Positions 18,909 through 27,671 of a stretch of DNA of 64,000 nt are shown here, in pieces. The notes below the pieces were generated by a model that worked only from the letters and a program-made list of their open reading frames with translations, made no database searches and was not told where the DNA came from. The stretch comes from an uncultured delta proteobacterium (GTDB lineage: Bacteria > Desulfobacterota > RBG-13-43-22): NCBI GenBank assembly GCA_963743305.1, contig CAVUPH010000020.1, forward strand, positions 64,001 through 128,000, read 5' to 3'. The position numbers and the translations under genes are program-made. How positions within the stretch are numbered: position 1 is the stretch's first letter; the number at the start of each line of letters is the position of its first letter.

Positions 18909-21395
18909 TTATTCCGGTGTTAGACTTTTCGGGTTATTGGTCTTCCGGAAATCGTCATATTTCCAAGTCGGGCTCTGAAGCGGCAGGGTGTCCTTAAAAT
19001 AGTCTCCGGCCGGACGGCGGAAGGGTTCCAGGACCTGGCTGTTCAGTTCCGCCGTTTCTTCAAACAGGGACTTGGGCGTGGAAAATTCAATGATGTTATT
19101 GTCATCCGTATTGAGCGGGCCTTTCTGCGTCAGCACGGCAATTTCCCGGGGACCCATCACGAAACGACCCAGGAGGGTTTTCAATTCCGTAACCTCGATA
19201 CGTTTCAGGTCCTGGGCCACTTTGGGCCATTGCATTCGTTTTTCGATCTCCGCCGGAGAAAAAACGGGAGGGGTTTTGAAACCCACCAGGACCAGATCTT
19301 TGTCCTGAGGCTGGAAAACGTAGACGTGGGGAAAAACGGCGCGAAAGGTCCGCAAAACGGTTTTAAAGCTTTCCGGAGAAATTTTATACAACTGCAGCCA
19401 CTGGCAGAAAACGCCTTCCGGTTTAAGCTTGTCGAAGCCAAGCTGAAAGAATTCACGGGTGAAGACATTGGCGATACCGGCCATCCAGGGGTTGGAAGGT
19501 TCGGAAATGATCACGTCATAAAAATCAGGGGTTACTAAGAGGTAGTTGCGGGCATCAGCCACCCGCAAGACCATCCGCGGGTCTTCCAGGGGCCGGTAGT
19601 TGACGTGGTCGAAGAAATGGGACCCTTCGATAACCGCCTGTTCCAGTTCCACCAGGGTAATTTTTTTCGCGGGGAAGGTAGTCACGGATCCGATCGTCAC
19701 CCCGCTGCCCATGCCGACTACCAGGATTTCATCCAATTTGGGCGCCAGCAGCAGCGGAATGTGGCCCACCAGCACCTGAGTAGGCATGTCCCCCTTGGTC
19801 GAGGCCTCCACTTTGCCGTTGGACTTCATGTAAATGGTTCCGGTGTACTTGGACTTATGGACGCTGATGGTGCAGGTTTGCCCTTCTTTATAATATAAGA
19901 GGGGTTCGTTTTGGGGGGAATACATGGCCACGAGGTCGGACCGGGAGGTGTTTTCAAAATTATGGGCATAGATATAGACGCCGCTGGCCATCAGGGGCGC
20001 TTTCCATTCGGGTGGAAAGGCCATGATGGCGGCCGCGAAAAGAATGGTCAGCGAATAAGCTGCTCTTTTCAAATAGGGGCGCGGGGCCGGGGAGATCAAG
20101 AGGACGTATAGGCCGTAGAGCAGATTCAGACCGATGCCCAACAGGATGGTGTTGCGGATACCGATCAGCGGGATCAGGAAGAAGCCGCCGGCAAAGGACC
20201 CCAAAATGCAGCCGAGGGTATTGATAGTATAAATATTGCCCACTAGACGGCCCACCTGGTTGAGATGAGACATGCAGATCTTGATGGTCAGGGGGAAGAG
20301 GGCGCCCATTAAAAGGGTAGGGGCCAACATGATAAAAAAAGCCAGCAGGTACTTCCCGAGCAAAAGCAAATTGATGGACTGCCCGATGGTCTGGTAAAGC
20401 AATAAGTAGAGGTAGGGGAGCTCCTGAAAAAAAATCAGGCTCAGGAAGGCCAGGACCCCGATTCCGATTTGCATCAGGGCCCAGGTAAATCCCTGGTAAC
20501 GAAAGGTATCCACCCACCGGGAAAAAATCAGAGACCCGAAGGCGATGCCGACCAGGAAAGTGGTCAGCATGATGGTAAAACCGTAAACCGAAGAATCCAC
20601 CAGCAGAGACAGGGTCCGGCTCCAGGCCACTTCGTAGATCATGGAGATAAATCCGGATAGGGAGATCCCGATGACGATGGACCAGACCACCTTTTTGGGC
20701 AGTAGGCCCGAAGTGGCTTCCAGAAATTTCCCGGCGGGTTTTGGCCCCGGAGATTCCGCCACCATCGGGCGCTCAGGAAACCGGGGCAACAAGGCGAGGA
20801 TCAGCAGGGCGACCAGCAGGTTGATGCCTACGGCGATCCACAAGGTGTGTTGGACCCCCAGAGCGGGCAACAGGAAAAAACCGCTGAGGGCGGTGCCTAA
20901 CACGGCCCCGAAGGTGTTCAAGGCGTAAAGACGGCCGATGGTCACCCCCAGGGTGGTTTCTTCCCGGACGGCCCAGGTGCTCAGGATGGGCAAGGTGGCG
21001 CCCATGCAGGTGGTGGGAATGATCAGGACCACGGTAATCAGCAGGAATTGCAGGAGGGTGAAGCTGTAGAAATTCAAATTAAATTGCTGCCAGAGAAATT
21101 GGTATACCGGAATCAGTCTGCCGAAGATCCAGGGGATGATCAGGGCGTAAAGACCGATAACCCCTTCCAGTATCCCGTAATAAAGGAGGGGGCGTTTTTG
21201 ACGATCCATCATCCGGCCGAAAAAGTAGCTGCCCAGGGCCAGGCCGCCCATAAAGGCCGTCAAGACCGTGCTGATGGCCAGGGTAGTGGAGCCGAAGATG
21301 AGGATCAGCAGGCGCAGCCATAAGACTTCATACAGCAACCCGCTGAAACCGGAGAAAAAAAAGCACAATAGGACGATGGGACGGATCAAAGTCAT
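18909..21395 (-). CDS. Fused membrane (MFS-like) / spermidine synthase family protein
   Basis: SGLLYEVLW.R, MGATLP repeats, many TM helices; C-terminal VVGMGSGVT, VELE, DARNYL, DVIISEPSNPW; start taken at MTLIRP with AAGGAG RBS. Confidence 0.9.
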   Translation of the reverse strand: MTLIRPIVLLCFFFSGFSGLLYEVLWLRLLILIFGSTTLAISTVLTAFMGGLALGSYFFGRMMDRQKRPLLYYGILEGVIGLYALIIPWIFGRLIPVYQFLWQQFNLNFYSFTLLQFLLITVVLIIPTTCMGATLPILSTWAVREETTLGVTIGRLYALNTFGAVLGTALSGFFLLPALGVQHTLWIAVGINLLVALLILALLPRFPERPMVAESPGPKPAGKFLEATSGLLPKKVVWSIVIGISLSGFISMIYEVAWSRTLSLLVDSSVYGFTIMLTTFLVGIAFGSLIFSRWVDTFRYQGFTWALMQIGIGVLAFLSLIFFQELPYLYLLLYQTIGQSINLLLLGKYLLAFFIMLAPTLLMGALFPLTIKICMSHLNQVGRLVGNIYTINTLGCILGSFAGGFFLIPLIGIRNTILLGIGLNLLYGLYVLLISPAPRPYLKRAAYSLTILFAAAIMAFPPEWKAPLMASGVYIYAHNFENTSRSDLVAMYSPQNEPLLYYKEGQTCTISVHKSKYTGTIYMKSNGKVEASTKGDMPTQVLVGHIPLLLAPKLDEILVVGMGSGVTIGSVTTFPAKKITLVELEQAVIEGSHFFDHVNYRPLEDPRMVLRVADARNYLLVTPDFYDVIISEPSNPWMAGIANVFTREFFQLGFDKLKPEGVFCQWLQLYKISPESFKTVLRTFRAVFPHVYVFQPQDKDLVLVGFKTPPVFSPAEIEKRMQWPKVAQDLKRIEVTELKTLLGRFVMGPREIAVLTQKGPLNTDDNNIIEFSTPKSLFEETAELNSQVLEPFRRPAGDYFKDTLPLQSPTWKYDDFRKTNNPKSLTPE

Positions 21396-21431
21396 TCTCC
21401 TTTGGTTGTTTCGGAAAAAGTCACCCCGGCT

Positions 21432-21512
21432 GTCATTGCGAGCGAAGCGAAGCAATCCCCGCCATGGGAACTAGCCGATTATTGGGGATTGCTTCGCTTC
21501 GCTCGCAATGAC
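21432..21512. repeat. Repeat family B, copy 2
   Basis: Same inverted-repeat arms as 17548-17642 with a different spacer. Confidence 0.9.
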
Positions 21513-21588
21513 GGTACCGACGATTTTGGTATTTAATCCTAACAGATGAAGATTGCAAGAAGAAACTGCCTTGGGTTACAATAGCCCC

Positions 21589-22017
21589 ATGACTTTCAGC
21601 CGGAAGCCCTATCGCTTAATCAGCCATACCGGGGACCTGGGGATGACCGTTCAAGGTAAAGACCGGACTGATCTTTTCGAGCAGTCGGCCTGGGCTTTCT
21701 TTGACCTCCTGGTGGACGTCCGGAAGGTTGAACCGAAAAAACCGCTGGAGGTCTCGGTCGAGGCGCCGGATCGCGAGGCCCTGCTGGTGGCCTGGCTGGG
21801 AGAACTATTGTATTTATTCGACGCCCGCCGTCTGGTTTTCAGCCGTTTTGAAATCGAAGAGCTGACCGATCGGTCGCTGAAGGCCCGGGCTTGGGGGGAG
21901 GATTTCGATCCGGAACGGCATGGGTTCAAACACGGGGTGAAGGCCGTAACTTATCACCAACTGCAGATTCGGGAAACCCCGAAAGGCTGGCGGGCCAGGG
22001 TGATTTTGGATATATAG
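21589..22017 (+). CDS. Archease
   Basis: HTGD N-terminal motif, LLVAWLGELLY, VKAVTYH, C-terminal VILDI; directly upstream of rtcB. Confidence 0.93.
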   Translation: MTFSRKPYRLISHTGDLGMTVQGKDRTDLFEQSAWAFFDLLVDVRKVEPKKPLEVSVEAPDREALLVAWLGELLYLFDARRLVFSRFEIEELTDRSLKARAWGEDFDPERHGFKHGVKAVTYHQLQIRETPKGWRARVILDI

Positions 22018-22170
22018 GTGAAATGTAAAAATAAAAACGAATATCGAATATCGAACACCGAATATCGAATGACGAAGTGGTTTTTCGTAGAGGTTAAACC
22101 AGGGCAAACATTTTCCGGATATCCATTCTAGGTAGTCCGGATAGCGGGTACCTGAAAAAGGGGGAGAGTT

Positions 22171-23619
22171 ATGGCTGATAAAATCAAGATGGAACAAATC
22201 GATCCTTATCGATTTCGAATCCCCCGGGAGGGGAAGATGCGGACCGACGGCCTGGTTTTTACTTCTTCGGAATTGTTGCCGGATATCCGGCAGGACCAGA
22301 GTCTGAACCAAGTGGCCAATGTGGCCTGGCTGCCGGGGATTGTGGGGAATTCCCTGGCCATGCCGGACATCCACTGGGGGTACGGGTTTCCCATCGGCGG
22401 AGTTGCGGCCTTTGACCCTGCGGAGGGGATCGTTTCCCCCGGCGGGGTGGGCTATGATATCAACTGAGGCGTGCGTCTGCTGCGCTCCGGGTTGAGCCGC
22501 CGGGACATTCAAGGAAAAATGAAGGAAATCGTGGACGCCCTGTTCCGCAACATCCCTTCCGGGGTGGGGTCCCACCGCAAGGATTTTAAACTTACTCCGA
22601 AAGACCAGGAAAAGGTCCTTCAGCAGGGGGCTCCATGGGCCGTTCGGCAGGGCTACGGATCGGTCAAGGACCTGGAACATATTGAAGAGGCCGGGTGCAT
22701 CGAAGGGGCCCGGCCGGACCTTGTTTCCAACAGGGCGTTGGAAAGGGGGAAGGACCAGTTAGGGACCCTGGGATCGGGGAATCATTTTGTGGAAGTGGGC
22801 TACGTGGAAACGATTTATGAACCGGCGGCGGCCCGGGCTCTGGGGCTTTTTGAAGAACAGGTGACGGTGATGGTCCATACCGGCTCCCGGGGGTTGGGCC
22901 ATCAAGTCTGCGACGATTCCATCAAACAGCTTATCCGGGCCACGGCCAAGTATGCCATCGAGCTCCCGGACCGGCAATTATGCTGCGCCCCTATCAACTC
23001 CCCGGAAGGGCAGGACTATCTGGGGGCCATGGCGGCGGCCGCCAATTTCGCCTTTGCCAACCGGCAGATCATTACCCACTGGGTCCAGGAAACCCTGGAG
23101 CGGGTTTTGCGATGCGGGCCCAATGATCTTCGATTGGAATTGGTTTATGACCTGTGCCATAACATTGCCAAGTTTGAAGATCACTTGGTTGAAGGGAAAA
23201 TGAGACGGCTGTGCGTCCACCGCAAGGGAGCTACCCGGGCCTTTCCACCCCGGCATCCCCAGATCCCTCCCGATTTTTTTGAACTGGGACAGCCGGTGAT
23301 CATCCCCGGGGATATGGGTCGTTACTCCTATGTGCTGTTGGGGACCGAGCAGGCCTATACCGAGACCTTCGGCAGTACCTGCCACGGCGCCGGACGGGTC
23401 ATGAGCCGCCAGGCCGCCAAAAAGGCCGCCCGGGGCCGTGCGGTACTTCGGGAGTTGGAGGACCGGGGGATCATTGTCCGGGGAGCCGGCCTGGGGACCG
23501 TGGTGGAAGAGATCTCCGAGGCCTACAAGGACGTGGCCCAGGTGGTGGAGGTGGTCCATGGCGCCGGGATTTCTAAAAAGGTGGCGCGGTTAAGGCCCAT
23601 GGGGGTGGTGAAGGGCTAA
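22171..23619 (+). CDS. rtcB: RtcB RNA ligase (archaeal/eukaryote-like long form) with in-frame TGA at the catalytic Cys; probable selenoprotein, 482 aa
   Basis: ORFs 22171-22467 and 22471-23619 are in the same frame; [15 protein letters not shown]...GVGYDIN[TGA][41 protein letters not shown] all present. Confidence 0.92.
22475..22506 (+). promoter_or_regulatory. Candidate bacterial SECIS element
   Basis: Hand-folded stem (GUCU/GGAC, GC/GC, GCUC/GAGC) with apical loop CGGGUU starting 20 nt after the UGA. Confidence 0.5.
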
Positions 23620-23951
23620 GCAATAACGTTTTGTTCGCAAATTTCGTCGAGCCGGGCGTTAATGCTCTTGCGTTCTCTCTTGGCCGCCAGGGCGATGGCC
23701 CAATGCAGCTCGGAAGGAACCCGCACCATGAACCGACCGGAGAAAGGCTTTTCCGGCTCTCGCCCGATCCTCCTGCAGGTTTTTAGGTATTCGTCAACGG
23801 CGGTCCGAAAATCTTCTTCTAAATCCCCAACCGAGGCCCCCTCAAAAGTAATCATATCCGTGATTCCCATGAGCCGACCATGAAAAATACGGTCATCGGA
23901 ATCAAATATCACCGTTCCAGTGTATCCCTTGTATTTCAAGGTATTTTTCAT
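23616..23951 (-). CDS. HicB-like antitoxin (orphan)
   Basis: LKYKGYTG...IFHGR...ITFEG...FRTAVDEYL..C...PEKPFSGRFMVRV..ELH (partial RNase H plus RHH); GGAGG RBS; no hicA upstream. Confidence 0.85.
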   Translation of the reverse strand: MKNTLKYKGYTGTVIFDSDDRIFHGRLMGITDMITFEGASVGDLEEDFRTAVDEYLKTCRRIGREPEKPFSGRFMVRVPSELHWAIALAAKRERKSINARLDEICEQNVIA

Positions 23952-24023
23952 TTTATCACCTCCGCTATGATACTAAAAATGATATCCTTGGGCAAGGAAA
24001 TCTGACCACTCAAAACGACCTGG

Positions 24024-24130
24024 CCCAGGCTGCGGAGCGCCCCATCATTAATTTTTTTAGGCCTGCGGGTCCCCGGCCCATCAAACGGATTGAGCAGACG
24101 CACCAAGCCGCGTTCCTCATCCTGGGGGTT
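24024..24130. repeat. Repeat family E, copy 1 (left of vapBC)
   Basis: CCCAGGCTGCG...TAGGCCTGCGGGTCCCCGGC.CATCAAACGGA.TGAGCAGACGC...CCTCATCCTGGGGGTT, repeated at 24871-24975. Confidence 0.85.
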
Positions 24131-24167
24131 ATCCCCTAAAAAATAAACCTTTCAATTAGTCCACCTA

Positions 24168-24197
24168 ATGTGTATGATCTAGCCTATTTATACACAT
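24168..24197. promoter_or_regulatory. Putative VapB operator palindrome
   Basis: ATGTGTAT-N14-ATACACAT just before the vapB RBS; same half-sites at 49420-49438. Confidence 0.55.
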
Positions 24198-24209
24198 AGG
24201 AGGGAAGAA

Positions 24210-24404
24210 ATGAGAACGAATGTAGTCGTAGATGACGATCTGATGGAGTCGGCTCTCAAGGTATCCGGCCTCAAAACAAAAAAGGATGCCATAGAAGAGG
24301 GATTGAAACTGTTGGTGCAAGTTAAACGCCAGAAGGAAATTAAGCGTTTTCGAGGAAAACTCAAATGGTCTGGCAATCTCGACGAGATGAGGTTAGACAA
24401 ATGA
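24210..24404 (+). CDS. vapB: VapB-family antitoxin
   Basis: MRTNVVVDDDLM..AL..SGLKTKK..IEEGL...W.GNLDEMR; ATGA overlap with the PIN gene. Confidence 0.9.
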   Translation: MRTNVVVDDDLMESALKVSGLKTKKDAIEEGLKLLVQVKRQKEIKRFRGKLKWSGNLDEMRLDK

Positions 24405-24796
24405 TTCTCGTTGATTCGTCCGTCTGGATCGACTACTTTAACGGCAATAAAACATCTCAAACGGACTGGCTGGACTCTTCACTTGGAAATATACCCATCA
24501 TCATAAATGATCTTATTCTAACCGAAGTCCTTCAGGGATTTCAGAATGATAAAGACTTCAAGACAGCCAGGGACATTCTCTTAGGAATCCCATTTATGTC
24601 AATGGGAGGACAGGTATTAGCCATAGAGAGCGCTATGAACTATAGATTCCTGAGGAAGAAAGGTGTGACCGTGAGGAAGACGATAGACGTCATTATTGGA
24701 ACTTTCTGTATCCACCACCGGCTGACATTGTTGCATGACGACAGGGATTTTGATCCGATAGTTAAGTTCCTAGGTTTGGAGATAGTCGACACATAA
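24401..24796 (+). CDS. vapC: VapC-family PIN domain ribonuclease toxin
   Basis: MILVDSSVWID, TEVLQG, KTIDVIIG, LLHDDRDF acidic PIN residues. Confidence 0.92.
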   Translation: MILVDSSVWIDYFNGNKTSQTDWLDSSLGNIPIIINDLILTEVLQGFQNDKDFKTARDILLGIPFMSMGGQVLAIESAMNYRFLRKKGVTVRKTIDVIIGTFCIHHRLTLLHDDRDFDPIVKFLGLEIVDT

Positions 24797-24849
24797 CGAA
24801 TCAATTCACCGGACGCTCGTTCCTCGCGCCGGTGATTACATTGATGGGC
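24791..24849 (+). mobile_element. attC-like (59-base element) site
   Basis: ACATAAC (contains the vapC stop), TCACCGG-A-CGC/GCG-CCGGTGA stem with an extrahelical base, ends at GATGGGC; 59 bp. Confidence 0.55.
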
Positions 24850-24870
24850 CGCCTGGCTGCGGCCCATCCT

Positions 24871-24975
24871 CCCAGGCTGCGTCTCGCCATATAATCAAGT
24901 ATGGTAGGCCTGCGGGTCCCCGGCTCATCAAACGGAATGAGCAGACGCGATGGCGTGCTCCTCATCCTGGGGGTT
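24871..24975. repeat. Repeat family E, copy 2 (right of vapBC)
   Basis: Imperfect direct repeat of 24024-24130. Confidence 0.85.
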
Positions 24976-25034
24976 CCGTAGACATCGAAACACCATTCAG
25001 AAAGCCGCCGTCCAATAATGTTGCCGGCGGCTTC

Positions 25035-26258
25035 TTACTTACTGCGTGATAGCTTTTCTGTGATTACTTCCCAAACCTCCTCCACGGAGATGGCCTGGAG
25101 GCATTTGTTGTCCAAACAGGGGGTATTGCGGTGGTTGAAGGCGGTTAGGCAAGGGGAGCAGGGGAATTTCGAATAAAAAACATGGGTGTTTTCGCCAAAG
25201 GGTCCGTAAAGATAAGGGGACTCGGGACCAAGGAAAACAAAATTATTGATTCCGATCAACGACGCGAAGTGGGCCGGGCCGCTGTCGTTGGTGACCAAGG
25301 CCTGGGAAACGCTGAATAAGTCCATCAACTCCTCGAACGTCGTCTCGCCGGTCAGATCCAGGCAGCGTTGATCAGACAACGTTTCCGCCAGCCGGCCGGT
25401 GGTTTCCCGGTCCGCGCCGGCCCCCATCAGGACTAAGATCCGGTTGGGATCCCGGAGGAGCAATCGGGCCAGCTCCACATAATTTTCCAGGGGCCAGGCT
25501 CGGATGGGGATTTCCCCGGCGCTGGGATTTAAAAGGACTATTTGGCTGGACTCGCCGAATTCCGGGAACCGATTTCGGATCTTTTCCCGGATACGGGTTG
25601 TTCCCGATTCCGAGGCCCGATACGAGGCCGTTTCCAGACGGTTGTCCGGAATGGCCGCGTCCATGGTCGGCCAGTCCTTGGTCGGGTAGCGGAGCACGTC
25701 TAAGAAGGAGAGAAAGGATTTGCTGATATGCTGCTGAAAGTTGTACTGGATTTTATGGGTGTGCAGATTTCCCCGGTATAATCCCTCCATCCGGAATTTG
25801 TGAAAGCCCACCCGGACCGGGGCGCCGCTTAGATAGGTCAGGATGGCGGTCACCCGGGTGAACAGTTCCAGGTCGAAGACCACCTCGATCCCTTCCCGAC
25901 GAATCCGCACCACCGTTTTAATTACATCGGCCAGGAAAGATCCCAGGGATTTTTCGCGGATCGTCAACACGTTTTCCCGGGGGATCTGATTCAGGATGTC
26001 CACGCTGGCCCGGTTCTTGGCAAAGATCAGGAAAAAGAGTTCGGCCCCGGGATATTCCCGCTGAATGGCTTTCATGGTCGGATAGGCCAGAATGGCGCTG
26101 CCCATCTCGGACAGTTCGATAAACAGGAATTTTTTCAAAAGTGGCCGTTTACCCGGTCTTGGAAAAAAAAACCTCTTCACCCGATCCCAAAGACTCAATA
26201 AAAAACAGGCCGGGATGCCAACCCAGTAATCAACTTTTCTGACCGTTTCGATTTTCAT
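25035..26258 (-). CDS. Glycosyltransferase family 9 (heptosyltransferase-like)
   Basis: IELSEMGSAILAYP, RAWPLENY, DLTGETT, VTNDSGPAHFA, CSPC...CL..ISVEEV. Confidence 0.9.
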   Translation of the reverse strand: MKIETVRKVDYWVGIPACFLLSLWDRVKRFFFPRPGKRPLLKKFLFIELSEMGSAILAYPTMKAIQREYPGAELFFLIFAKNRASVDILNQIPRENVLTIREKSLGSFLADVIKTVVRIRREGIEVVFDLELFTRVTAILTYLSGAPVRVGFHKFRMEGLYRGNLHTHKIQYNFQQHISKSFLSFLDVLRYPTKDWPTMDAAIPDNRLETASYRASESGTTRIREKIRNRFPEFGESSQIVLLNPSAGEIPIRAWPLENYVELARLLLRDPNRILVLMGAGADRETTGRLAETLSDQRCLDLTGETTFEELMDLFSVSQALVTNDSGPAHFASLIGINNFVFLGPESPYLYGPFGENTHVFYSKFPCSPCLTAFNHRNTPCLDNKCLQAISVEEVWEVITEKLSRSK

Positions 26259-26344
26259 AGTTTATATCATTGGTTAGAAAGAGTCCAAATTTTGAGGAGA
26301 AATGTAGCGCAATTCCTGATACGCTGCAATCTAAAAGAGATTCA

Positions 26345-26460
26345 GACGCTTCGCCCTTTTGGGTGGGTACCCCCTGATCTGGTCTGGCCGCCGGGTCTCG
26401 GCGAAAAGGTTTTCCAAAGCTACTCCGGACTTCGAATCCGGGCCTAAGTGGTTAATTTTA
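26345..26460. repeat. Repeat family D (~116 bp element)
   Basis: Reverse complement of 40936-41052; partial inverted copy at 26567-26647. Confidence 0.85.
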
Positions 26461-26690
26461 TTTAAAGCAGGCCCAAACTCCGTGTTTCTTTATGCCTCCC
26501 AGGCTGGCCCTGCCTCCTGGAAGATTTGAAAACAGGGGGGCCGGGTTAGAACCTAAAAAACAATGTGGAAAACCCTTTCGCCGAGACCCGGCGGCCACGG
26601 AGGCCCGAATTCAGTCATATCTACCACACCCACCCAATAGGGCGAACAACCGAGATTTATTTATTCTCTGGCAAGAGAGAGGGGTCTTTT

Positions 26691-27620
26691 ATGAATCCTG
26701 TCGGCGCCCACATGTCTATTGCGGGGGGCCTGCATCGGGTCTTTGAACGGCTAGAGGCCGTGGGTGGGGAATGTCTCCAGCTTTTCGTCAAGCCCAATGT
26801 CCAGTGGGCTGCGGGGGATCTGTCGTCGGAGGAAGTGGAGTGGTTTGTCCGGGAGCAGGTCCGGACGGGGATCGCTCCGGTAGTGGCGCATGCCTCCTAC
26901 CTGTTGAACCTGGCCTCACCCGATCCGGGTCTGCGCCGGAAATCCGGACTCACCCTGGCCCTGGAACTGGTGCGCTCGGCCCGGCTGGGGATTCCTTTTC
27001 TGGTTCTTCATCCCGGGAGCCACCAGGGGGCGGGGGAGAAGGTCGGCCTGCGGCGGATTGCCCGGGGGATCGACAGGGCCCTGGCCCGGGCGGAGGTGCC
27101 GGACATCCAGGTCCTGCTGGAAACCACTGCCGGCGCCGGGACTCAATTGGGGTGCCGTCTGGAGCAGTTGAGGGACATCATCGGCTTGAGCCGGAATGAA
27201 GCGCGTTTGGGGGTTTGTCTGGATACTTGCCATGTCTATGCTGCCGGGTACGATCTCTCCCGGACGGAGACCTGCGAGGATTTTTTTGTGTCCTTTGACC
27301 GGCTGATCTCGCTGAAACGGCTGAAGGTGGTCCATGCCAACGATTCCAAAACCTCTTTGGGGGCCAAGGGGGATCGCCATGAACAGATCGGGCTGGGGGG
27401 ACTGGGGATCCCAACTTTTGAAAGGCTCCTGCGGGATCCCCGCTTATCGGGCCGGCCGTTTATTTTAGAAACCCCGAAAGGAAAACAAGGGGACCGCTCC
27501 TGGGATGAAATCAATATTCAAACGCTAAAAAGACTGCGGAGGCCCACAGCCGGGGGCGGCTGTGCCACAAGTAGGGGCGCCCGGTCGGTCGCCCGGTCAC
27601 CGCGAGCGATAACCGAATAA
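26691..27620 (+). CDS. nfo: Endonuclease IV
   Basis: GAHMSIAGG, HASYLLNLAS, LHPGSH, LLETTAG.G, CLDTCH, HANDSK, DRHE.IG, ILETP. Confidence 0.95.
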   Translation: MNPVGAHMSIAGGLHRVFERLEAVGGECLQLFVKPNVQWAAGDLSSEEVEWFVREQVRTGIAPVVAHASYLLNLASPDPGLRRKSGLTLALELVRSARLGIPFLVLHPGSHQGAGEKVGLRRIARGIDRALARAEVPDIQVLLETTAGAGTQLGCRLEQLRDIIGLSRNEARLGVCLDTCHVYAAGYDLSRTETCEDFFVSFDRLISLKRLKVVHANDSKTSLGAKGDRHEQIGLGGLGIPTFERLLRDPRLSGRPFILETPKGKQGDRSWDEINIQTLKRLRRPTAGGGCATSRGARSVARSPRAITE

Positions 27621-27671
27621 AACTGTTGCAGCGGCTTTTATTTCAGCCGGAAATAGTTCAACTATTTCCGG

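Noticed and set aside
13757-22077. Heptamer arrays or family B repeats as a CRISPR array
   Set aside because: There is no regular repeat-spacer periodicity, the copies are dispersed, and no cas genes are in the window.
22171-23619. rtcB as two genes, a nonsense pseudogene, or an intein-containing gene
   Set aside because: Both parts are in one frame, the total length is normal for RtcB, there is no intein-sized insert at the DIN/C site, and the only lesion falls exactly on the Cys codon; recoding or a base error fits better.
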